64,000 nucleotides of DNA. It comes from a virus. Taxonomy: Duplodnaviria; Caudoviricetes. The notes under the pieces are model-generated. The model was not told the DNA's origin and did no database searches. It saw nothing but the letters and a program-made list of their open reading frames with translations. Shown piece by piece: positions 53,332-64,000 of the stretch. The position numbers and the translations under genes are program-made. The number at the start of each line of letters is the position of its first letter. Positions within the stretch are counted from its first letter, which is position 1. The stretch spans positions 160,001 to 224,000 of IMG/VR virus record IMGVR_UViG_3300037067_027643, one strand, 5' to 3'.

Positions 53332-53620
53332 TTTATTTTTAAAGTTCAAATAATAATTTACTATTTAATCTTTCGTAAAAATGTTTCTTACTAGTAAAAC
53401 AATTAGTATATATAGTTACTCCTTGGTTGTTTACTAATTCAGAAAAATCTTCAAATCTTAAAAAGTAACCATTTTCATTTTCTTCAAATGTATACTCGGA
53501 AAATAATTTTTGTAGTTTATTTGCTTTATGTCCAATGTAACCTAAAGAGAAACTTAATCCTGGATTTTTAATTTTATGCTTTTTCATACTGTTTTATTTT
53601 TAGTTTTTAATTTAACAGTA

Positions 53621-53713
53621 CAAAGATAATAATAATTTTTGACATTACCAAATAATAATTTAAAATAATTTTAAAAATAAATTTGGATATATAAAATAAT
53701 TTACTTAATTTTG
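53621..53713. promoter_or_regulatory. Divergent pair of early promoters (minus 53621-53652, plus 53682-53713)
   Basis: Both TTTG-N20-TAnnTTTG, at the strand switch between two small-ORF blocks. Confidence 0.8.
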
Positions 53714-55678
53714 TATTCTTAAAATATAAATTTATGTCCAAAGCGAAAAATAATAATATTAACTTAGTCATTCACAAATGGATGATGACAAAAGAAGTCA
53801 AAAGAAAAAAGAAAGTCAAACCAATAGAAGAACGGTTACTAATTAATTTAGTAAAACCAAAAGTAATTAAAAAGAAATCTAAAAAAGTAAAGATATGAGT
53901 TACATTCCTAACATTATAATAGTAAAAGAAGATTTAGAAAAACATTCATTTGAATTAGAAAATTCTTATATGAACGTATCACCTAAACAAAGAGAGATTC
54001 TCGAATATTTAAATGATGTATTAAAACATAATTATGAAATTCATGTTGGTAGGCAAATATTACTTTTATGTCAACCAGATATTTCTACATTTAATAATGA
54101 TGTAAGAGAACAATTGGATAAATGGAATGTAGAGTATGGAATATCAAATTAATTAAAACATTAAATAAATTATGAAAAAATACTTGGTTATATCAAAAGA
54201 AGAAAACGAAATAGAATTTATAATTCTAAAAAAGAAAAATAAGATATCATTACTATCATCTGATTCTACTGTTTGGAATGAATGGTTTAGAAATACTAAA
54301 TTAATATCATTAATAGATAGTGGAAATGATATTAAAATAAAATGGTATGAAAAAATAAATAAAAATAAATTAGACTATTCACAAGAACAATATCTAAGGA
54401 TAATCTTAAATTTTCACGATAAACAATTAAATTTACCAAGTAAATACAAATTTTTAAAATCTAAATAATATGAAATCAATAAATAATAAACAATATAAAG
54501 AAGCTAAAATATTAGCATTAACTACAAACGAAAAATTAACAGATAGCGCACTATTTATAAGAACTCACGATGTATTTGGTAGATATATTAATAGTGCTAA
54601 TTTAGAATATTCTTTAAATCAAACATATATTAATAATATTCAACTTATAAATGATAGAAAAGCAGCAACTAATTGTTTGGATAAATATATTTTTTATAAC
54701 CTTTATATTGTTTCCAATGATAAAGTAAATGATTTTGATTGGGTTTACGATAAAGGAAATAATCGTGTAATCCAATTACAAATATCAAAAGATACAAATA
54801 TTTCTAATTATGTTAAAGTTATTGCTTCTAATGACCCACAATTAAAAAACCTACCGATAATTAATAATGATTTTATTAATGAATATGTAAACGAGTATAA
54901 TCAAAATAATAAATTAGAAACAGTTTTAGTTAAATATGAAAAAGGATTAAACGGAGAACGATGTAATATGGAATTTTTTGAAAGACCTACAATTAATAAA
55001 AAAGATAATTCAATTACAATTAAAAGGATAAAAGAAAATTATTCCAAGGAAGAAGTTAAAGATTTAATTCTTAAATTTGCAACAAAAGTATTTAGTGAAA
55101 AATTTGAAATATTAGATATAAATAATTGGATAGAAGAAAATTTATAAAAGTTAAATAAATGAAAAGAGAACCTAAAATTAACGAACAAATATATGTTCCA
55201 ACATCACTTCATGTTTATAGAGGATTTGATGATTATATTGGTGGATTAGCCACAATAACAGATATCGAATATAAAAAACATTTACCTAAAGATCATTATA
55301 ATTATTGTTTTGTTGAAATCAATAATATAAAAGGATCAACTTATAATTGGAACTATTTGTTAGAACAACAAGAATCATTAAAAGAACAATTTGGAAATCA
55401 AGTAGCTTATCCAGATCCAGATTTAAGACCAGAATTTAACGATGACGAAGAAGGATGGAGATAATATATGAAGACACCAAAAACAGTAAAAGGATATTTA
55501 AAAATGTTTGTACAAATAGCAAATGAACAATCTTGTGATTTAAATTTAAGTAGAGGAGTCACAGACGAAGAAAGAAAATTAATAGCATATTGTAGAGGTG
55601 CTATACAAAATGAGTTAGGTGATAAAGAATTTAAGCACATATTAGAAAAATATGGATTGCATTATCCTTAAAAATAAA

Positions 55679-55710
55679 TTTGGTAGTATGAAATATTTTA
55701 CTTATTTTTG
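55679..55710 (+). promoter_or_regulatory. Bacteroidota-type early promoter
   Basis: TTTG-N20-TATTTTTG. Confidence 0.8.
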
Positions 55711-58700
55711 TAATCTAAATTTAAAACTTATACGAAATGAAAACTATATCAGAAATTCCAACTAAAAAACAAGTAATAGTAGCTATTATATATTTAGTAG
55801 CGGTATTTACATTATTTTATTTCACAATAACAATTTTTGGATAGAATGGAAATAACAAATAATTATTTTAGTCTAAATCCAGTAATCAAAGTTAAAGAAA
55901 GTTTGTTACTTCCTTACGATGAAACTGTAAGGGTTTATGATATAAAAACTCATGAAGGAATATCTGTATTAACAGGAAGGAAAATTAATTGTATAAAGAT
56001 AAATGATAATGAATTAATAGTTAGTAAAGAATTATATAACCAAATTTCAAAGATTTAAAATATGGACAAAATAGTTTTTAATAAAGACATACCGTATTTT
56101 ACCAATAACGAAAATTTTAGATGGTATGTATGTAAAGAGCTTCAACGATATATTGAAACTAAACAAACAGAAAATCTACCAAAATTAATAGGGTTTGGAT
56201 GTTTCATTGTAAAGGGTAAAGATATTGAGGATTATGTATTAATTGATAATAAACAAAATATAATCGGTAGTTATCCTTATACATTAGAAGGATTTGGTCA
56301 AATGGAAGCAAAAATAAATATAATTAAAATTTCTAAACATTATGATGATTATGAAAAAGAAAACAAAATTTAATGAATTTTGTCACATGCATTGTGATGG
56401 ACTATACGATCCAAATTTTCCAGATGATGTACAATGTACTGGATACAAACAATTAAAGAAAATGGTTAAAGAAAAAATTAAACCGGCTTCTTTAGAAGAA
56501 ATTGAAAGGTGGGAATCCGAACCAACAAAAGAAGAATTAATGGCTACACCAGATATTAAATATTTAAGGTTTCTACATCCGGTATTAAGACCTTATATTA
56601 TTGAAAATTGGGATATAATCAAAAAATTAAAATAACATGAACGAAATAGAAAAATTAAGATGTAATGAGCTAAAAAATTTAGGAATGATGTTTAGCTTCA
56701 AAGAAAATGGTTTTATAGGAAAAGAAGATGATATAAGTGATTTCTATATTCCTACATTTGATGTTCGATTTAGCGACGATCGAAAATGGGATAAAATAAT
56801 TAAAGAATTAACAACAGAATTAAACAATAGGAGATCTTCAAAAATGAATAATGAAATAAAAACTCACATAGTAATAGATTGTACTAATTTAAAGATTAAC
56901 AATAATAAAGTATTTGTAGGAACTTATCAAGAATGTATTAATTACATAGACAGTAACGAAATTGATTATAAAATAGTTCCGATGACAAAAAAAGAATTAA
57001 AATTATATAATAACAAATAAATAAAAAATATTTCAAAACATGAACCCAATTAAAGATAGCATTCCAAGTAAATGCAAATTATATAAACCAGATCTAACCA
57101 AACCTATTCACGCAAATTGTGAAAAATTAGGAATATTATATGAGTGTAAAAATAATACAATACCCGATAATATATTCTGTTTAGGTTGTAAACATATTAA
57201 AGACATTAAATTTAAATAATTATGGAAACAACAAAATTACTAAAAGAAATAATTCAATTAATAGAAACTAATCCAAATGATTCTGATTTAGGAAAAGCTA
57301 TTAGAAAGTTATATACCAAATATAAAACTAATAGTGAATTATTAGATACAGATGACTTAGGAGAAATTAATCGTTCTAATTCAATAAATGATTAACAAAA
57401 ATAAAATTATGCAATCAATTATTCAACTTAAATTATTCGATGATTTTGTCTTTTATGATAAACGACAAATAGATACGATTACCAAACAAGGTAAAAAATT
57501 TACTAAACAGTATAAGAAAAAACTAAAAATATTAATATGAAAAAAGAATATGTAATTTGTTTTGAAAATAAAGGATATAGTGGCGTAACTAATTTATATC
57601 CATTTTTAAATAAAACATTTAAAACAATTGATATAGCAGAAGCAACAATATCAAGTTTATTAAATGATAAAAATAATACAGAAAAAAGATATTATATAAT
57701 TCCATGCTATACAAAAGATTAAAATAAATAATTATGAATAAAAATGAACTAATCAACATAGATTTAAATGAATATGATTATCAATGTTCAGATGGATGTT
57801 GTACAAACTATGGAACTATTACAACAGTAAACGGAAAAGAATTGGAATGTCATAATCAAGACGCATCTACAATAGTAAAACAAGTATTAGAACATTTAGG
57901 ATATACTAATGTAAAAGTAACCAATAGTTATAATGGTGAAATAATTAGCAAAGTTTAAAATATGACAGAAAAAGAATTAATGAAAACTGCTTATATAGCA
58001 GCAAGAAAAGAATTTGATATAATTCCAAGTAGATGTGAAGAAGCATTCGAAGAATATTATTTAAAAGAAGGAATATTCTTAATCACCAAAAATGTTTTAG
58101 AACGACAATCTCTATCAGATAATGATATATTTAATACAAAGTTAGATAATCAAATAGCATATATAGAGGCAATAAATAAAATAATGGAAGTTCCAATATC
58201 AAAGTCAATTTTAAATAGTCTAAAGGAATTAAAAACTATTAAGCAAAAACAAATAGAAAATTTAAAATAACTAAATTAAAATTATTGTGGAATATAATTC
58301 AATATTAGAAAATGTACTAATTGATATTCAAATAGACATTCAAAATGAAATTCTAAATCAATGTAAAAAATGTAATCTAGATGATTTACAAACTGATATT
58401 ATAAATGAAAATGTAATATCAACTTTTAATTTAAACAAACAAAAATATATTAAACAATTAAATAAAACAAGTGAAACATTATTAAAAAGATATATTAAAC
58501 ATATCAAAAATCACGAAGGAATAGATTATATAGATAATATACATGACTATAGTGATGATGTACATTTTAGTGAAGAAGAAATTAAACTACTTGAAACATT
58601 ATCAAATGATTAAAAAACTAACAAAACAACAAAAAATATTATTAACACTATTAAGAGACTCTTATTTAACATTAGGTGATATAACTAATAGATTTTATTC

Positions 58701-60531
58701 TATACATACACCAAAATCTAACAAACCACAATTAAATAATATAATGAAAAGAAATTCAAAAATGAGTGGATGGTTAAATAATTTGTGGAATAAAGAATTA
58801 ATAGAAATTGATCACTGTTCAGATGATAATAGATATAGAGTAACTCAAAAAGCAATAAACTTATTAAATTTATAAAATTATGAAACATAAAGAAATAACA
58901 GATTATAGCACTCAATATTTTAATTCAGATTCTGTTAATAATATGAAATTACCAGAAGTAAACGTTCGTAAACAAACAAGTAAACAACATCAAACTAAAT
59001 TAAAATTAAGAATATTAGAATATATTAAACTATACGAAATAGAAAATAATTATCAATTTGAAATTTATGAAATAGATAATATATTATTAGAAATAGTAAA
59101 ACATCATCATGAATCATATTTAAATACAAAATTTGGATATGATACAATTTAATCAAAAATAAACTTATTAAATTTATAAATTTATGAAAAACAAAGATAT
59201 AAATGAAATCTTAAAAGATATTTTAGGAACAGAAGCTATTAATGACAATAATATACAAATATCAGAAAATACATCAAAGTTAGTTAAAACAATAAATTAT
59301 TTAATTACACAATTAGAAATAATTAAGAGAGAGTTTAATCCAGAATGTGATAATTCATATTTAATGGAACATATTGATTCAGTAATCAATAATACAAAAG
59401 AAATTTTATCAGAAAATAAATAATTAAAATATGAAAATAGAAAAAATTAATTCACAAACCAGAAGAGACTTTTATGCTGATATGATTTGTGAACATTGTG
59501 GACATATAGAAAAGAATGTAAGTTGTTACGATGATGATTACTTTCATCAAAATGTTATTCCAAATATGACTTGTAAACAATGTGGTAAAAATTCTGGAGA
59601 GGATTATAGACCATTAGCAACAAAATATAAATCGGACGAAGTAATATAAAAATAAAATTATACAATGTATATAGATTTAAAAATAGAAAAACCAAAAGAA
59701 AGTGATAAAATTTTAGTAGGAGTAAACGCATACCCAATGAATCCAAGAATAGCTATTTATAAAAAAGATAAATTTTGGGATATTAGTGATACAAAAATAG
59801 AATTATTCCCTACTCATTGGAAATATCCAGAAGTTCCATTTATGTTTTAATTTAATATAAACAATTGAAATATGAAAAAGAAATTATATTATGAATTTAG
59901 TGATAACGGAGATATTAGTAAAATAGTAATGTGTTTAGAAGATTGTATGGAGTGGATAAGATCAGAAACAGAAAATGTATTAGATGAATATTCAGATGAT
60001 GTAGAATATACTATTATACCTGTTTGGATGACAGAAGAAGAATTTAAAAATTTACCAGAAGCTTGTATTTAAAAATAAAATCATTAACACTTAAACGAAG
60101 TCTTGCATACATAATAGATAAGCAAGAAGGATACCTAAATGGATTTAATCCTTACGACTTTTTATGGGACTATTCCAATCCAACATGGATATAAATATTA
60201 CAAAATTTTAAATTAAAAATAAATTTATATATGTACGAAAAACTATTTGAAAGAAATCAAAAAGCATTACTCTTTATAAAAGAAAAAGAAGGTTTAACTA
60301 ATGACGAAGTAAATTCTTTATTACCCATTTGTAAAACCAAATTATATAGTAAAACAATTGTAGGTATAGCCGATCTAATGACTGAGTATTCTGAACATTT
60401 AATTAATGAACAAAAAGAATCGTTATTACTACTCGATTTCGCTAATCATTTAAATGAAGCTAGTGGGTTCGCTTTAAACTCAGAAGGATTTGAAGAATAC
60501 ATAAAAGAATTTTTAAACAAACAATAGTATT

Positions 60532-60816
60532 ATGAAAAAACAATTGAAATTAATTGAAAATTCAAATATTTTTCCTTCAACAGATGAATTAAATATAAAT
60601 ATTGTTATGAATAGTACATTACCATGCCCATTTTGTGGAAAACAACCAAATTTTGGATATTATCGTAATGAATATAGAGAAGATATTTTTTACTTAAAAT
60701 GTAACAAATGTAATGCTAAATTTTTTGAATGTAAATTTGAAATTTTACATCAACCACCTTATATTGAAATTGTAAAAAAATTAGTGAATAAATGGAATAA
60801 AAGATATAGTTTATAA
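60532..60816 (+). CDS. Lar-like (restriction alleviation family) Zn-ribbon protein
   Basis: LPCPFCG...CNKC...KWNKR. Confidence 0.6.
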   Translation: MKKQLKLIENSNIFPSTDELNINIVMNSTLPCPFCGKQPNFGYYRNEYREDIFYLKCNKCNAKFFECKFEILHQPPYIEIVKKLVNKWNKRYSL

Positions 60817-60851
60817 AATTAATAGAATGAATATTTATATAGAACGATAAT

Positions 60852-61274
60852 ATGAATAACAATACAATATTATATGCAGCTTTTTGTGGAACAGGTAAAA
60901 CATATATTTGCGAAAATAATACAGATATAAAATCTATTGAAATAGAATATTGGAAATATAAAGATAAAGGATTGCAAAAACAATATATCAAAGATATAAA
61001 GAAACAGTTTAGACGAGTTGATTATATTTTTATTGCTACCGACCCAGAAAATTTAAAACTTTTATATAAAGAAGGATTTGATATAACAGTTGTTTATCCA
61101 GAAAATAAATTGAGAAATGAATACTTAGATAGATATATTAAACGAAATAGTTCTTGTGATTTTATAGGAACATTTATGAAATATTGGAATCCTTGGATTG
61201 ATGAACTTAAAGAACAAAAATATTGTAAACATATAATATTAAAATCTGGACAATATTTACAAGATGTTATATAA
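60852..61274 (+). CDS. Small P-loop kinase-like protein
   Basis: AAFCGTGKT, VVYP...EYLDRY..R. Confidence 0.6.
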   Translation: MNNNTILYAAFCGTGKTYICENNTDIKSIEIEYWKYKDKGLQKQYIKDIKKQFRRVDYIFIATDPENLKLLYKEGFDITVVYPENKLRNEYLDRYIKRNSSCDFIGTFMKYWNPWIDELKEQKYCKHIILKSGQYLQDVI

Positions 61275-62398
61275 TATTATTAACTTTTAAATAATATGAA
61301 ACCAAACAAAAAGAAATTAAAAAATAAAATTATGAAAATAACAAACTTTAAAAAAGGTGATTTAATCACAAGAATAAAAGTATCGGATGAATATACATCT
61401 GAACCTAAATATGAATTAGATTCATTTATATTTAGTGAGATATCTAATGGTAAAATTTGGCTTATTCATTTTAATGAATGTAAGGACTATGAACTTGAGA
61501 TATTTTCTGAAGTATTTGAAAAAAGAAAAGAAGATGAGTGGGAATATTATATCATTCCAGATATTCTAACAGATTTACTTTTAGAACAAATGTGTAAATC
61601 AAAATTATTACTATGTAAGTTATTAAGAAAACATTTAATTAAAAACAGTAATATAACAACTTATGAAAACAAACAAAGAAATCTTAGAATCTTATCTAGA
61701 TAGAGAACTGTTTTCACTTGGAGAAAATCTATCCGATAGTAATATATTAGATTGTATGAAAGAAGCACAAAAACAAACTAAAATTAAATATAAGAAAAAG
61801 ATAAATAAGATCGAAAAACAATATTACGACAAAGGATATACTAAGGGTTGGACAGAAGGATTTAATTAAGCAAAACAAGAAATTTAAAACAAATATATAT
61901 AACATGAGAAAAATCATTAAAGAAGATTATGGAATCGGAGTAGTAAATGCAAGTGAAAATAAACACCATTACTACATAGCAAAAAGATTATCAAATGAAC
62001 AGATAAATAAATTTGTCCAAGCTAAAACATTAATTGGATATGAAGTTGATGTTCTATATCGTAAAAAACAAAGAAAATGTATAATAGTTGCAGTCTCACT
62101 TCCAGACAAAGAACAAACCGTATATACATTCAAGGATGGTAGTAAACAAACCTATTCAAACTTTCCATTTAGTATATTTCTTTGTATAGAAGATGGTAGA
62201 CTACAAGGTAGATGGTTTAATAATATAGACTCTTTTAACTTTGATAATGCAATATATAAAGGTGTTCATTTCGAAACACATGGAACAGAATATACAGTAA
62301 TTAATAAAAATTTTGATTGTGTTGAATTGATATATGATTATAATAGTGGGCATTTAGAATTACCATGTGCTTAGTCTTATAACTTGTATGTGACAAAC

Positions 62399-62966
62399 TA
62401 TTTTAAAAAACGAAAATTAACCTCGATAAAATATGAATAAAATACACACGAAACGAGACGCAGAATCATTAATATTTTTATTACAAAAATTAGGATATAT
62501 AAATGCTAAATTAATTGGTTCATTTGGTAATGGAAAAGAAACTTCAGAACATGATATAGATGTTTATATACCAAAATTACCAGGATTTTTAAGTAAAAGA
62601 TTTAAGAGTAAACAATTTGCTGATACTATGAAAAATTTATTAGATGCAGAATCTTATGAATATACAGATATGGAAAGTTGGTATTTTACAAATACATTTT
62701 TTGGTGATGTAGATATGTTTCACAATATAGATCATTTTGATTATTAAATATTATGTTAAAAAGTATAAGAAGTATTGAAAATTTATTTTTTATTTTTTCT
62801 ATACATACACTGATTATAGACTATTTTGAAAATTATAAAAACTGATATAACATATTAGTAATAATAGAAGATATATTATACAATGACTGGAATTGATATT
62901 AAACTATTAAACTAGGGTTATTTTTATGTTATTAAGTATTTTGAAAAACCAAAATTAACCTCGATA
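62399..62966 (+). repeat. 30-bp imperfect direct repeat (62399-62428 and 62937-62966)
   Basis: TATTTT(A/G)AAAAAC(G/C)AAAATTAACCTCGATA, 2 mismatches. Confidence 0.8.
62433..62747 (+). CDS. Minimal nucleotidyltransferase (Pol beta superfamily)
   Basis: LIGSF...HDIDVYI...DVDMF (GS-x-DxD...D). Confidence 0.7.
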   Translation: MNKIHTKRDAESLIFLLQKLGYINAKLIGSFGNGKETSEHDIDVYIPKLPGFLSKRFKSKQFADTMKNLLDAESYEYTDMESWYFTNTFFGDVDMFHNIDHFDY

Positions 62967-64000
62967 TGAAAACGTATATGTCTCATTTCTCAATCTATCA
63001 TCACCCAACGTCAAAAGTGAATCATCAAATTTTTGCGAAATAGATTTTTAAATCGATACTTCGATACGGTTATAAAAATAGTGATGTTACATAATAGGGT
63101 TTTATGTAACGACAATTTAAGATAGGTTTAATAAAATGTAAGTAGATTAATAGATCATTGTTTAAATCTATTTAAAATAGGTTAGAATAATATTAGTTAT
63201 AATATACAATAATAAAATTTACATTAATTTCAACATTATTTCTTTAGATTTATTTTCTATTTGGTAATACTTTTTCTTGTTTGTTAACTATAATATTAGA
63301 TAACTCTATAACCTTATCTTCTAACCAATGAACATATTCTGGATTATAGTTAGATGATAGTATATCAAAAGATTTACCTGTTTTTGTATAGAATTCTGAT
63401 CTTATATCGTCTTGAAACATAATTTTATTTATTTTTATTTTTTATAATTAGTTTGAAATATTTTTTCTAGTTCTTTTCTTTTATCAAATTCTGGTTCCCA
63501 ATCTATACTATGACTATAATTTATTTTTCGTTCCCACCAACTGTTAGATTTGGTATTTCTTCTGTATTGTTGTTCTATATCGTTTTCTACAGTATCAACA
63601 ATAAAATATTCTACGAGATGGATGCCTGTGAGTTTCATTATTATTTATTTTTAACTAGTTCAACAATCCATCTATCATCAAAATCAAACCAACATCCACT
63701 ACATCTAATTTGTTTATTTTTTGTATCTAATGTAGCGATATCGTTAATTTTACAATATCTTTCTGATATTGGTGTTTGTAAAACTTTTACTTTCATGATT
63801 TATATTATTATTTAAAAATTTACCATGTTGCTTAGGTTTGTATCATCATTACCTTTATTTTTAGATAATGCTATTCTTGCTATTAATGTTCCAAATACTA
63901 AAACAAGTATTGACATTTTAATACCTTCTAAAATTGTGATAGGAGTTTTGTCTACATGATATCCAATTGGATAGATGATATAAAAGAATATTAAAAACAT

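Larger units (their letters stand above)
53895..62374 (+). other. Block of about 30 small co-directional early-type hypothetical ORFs
   Basis: Tightly packed 60-225 aa ORFs downstream of early promoters at 53682 and 55679. Confidence 0.7.

Noticed and set aside
62750-63220. tRNA or other known structured RNA gene
   Set aside because: No cloverleaf, T-loop (GTTCRA) context or recognisable Rfam-like pattern was seen by eye.
1049-63815. Numerous short antisense or overlapping ORFs in the track (e.g. 1049, 2411, 5756, 9819, 28353, 33757, 52374, 63510)
   Set aside because: They are shadows of well-supported genes on the opposite strand, with hydrophobic low-complexity composition expected from AT-rich DNA.
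1-64000. Stop-codon reassignment (code 15 or 4) as in some Bacteroidota phages
   Set aside because: Conserved genes are intact under code 11, and both TAG (e.g. 10411, 44172) and TGA (e.g. 1481, 48359) end genes at sensible positions.

Overview
Very AT-rich, densely coding fragment of a large contractile-tailed (myovirus/jumbo-like) bacteriophage genome. It uses the standard genetic code. The host is most likely Bacteroidota: 11 intergenic TTTG-N20-TAnnTTTG promoters, A-rich start contexts without Shine-Dalgarno motifs, and a DUF4494-like gene. Structural genes (tail sheath, gp6/gp25-like baseplate, mosaic tail fibre, two large virion proteins) and lysis-type genes are scattered among long blocks of small early-type ORFs and nucleotide/DNA metabolism genes (ThyX, primase, RuvC-like, DHH, DEDDh, HAD, DNA methyltransferase). 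A second motif, ACTATTTATA, precedes 8 transcription units and looks like a late promoter. The strongest novel candidates are: (1) a radical SAM gene followed 4 nt later by an unannotated 35-aa peptide with two GHC motifs, a possible phage-encoded RiPP system; (2) a coiled-coil/vWA/PurA-like operon with an H-type RNA pseudoknot in its leader; (3) a DUF3326 plus phosphatidylserine-decarboxylase-like late operon; (4) a TPR membrane sensor lacking its output domain. No tRNA, rRNA or CRISPR array was seen. All family assignments come from motif recognition by eye, not from database searches.
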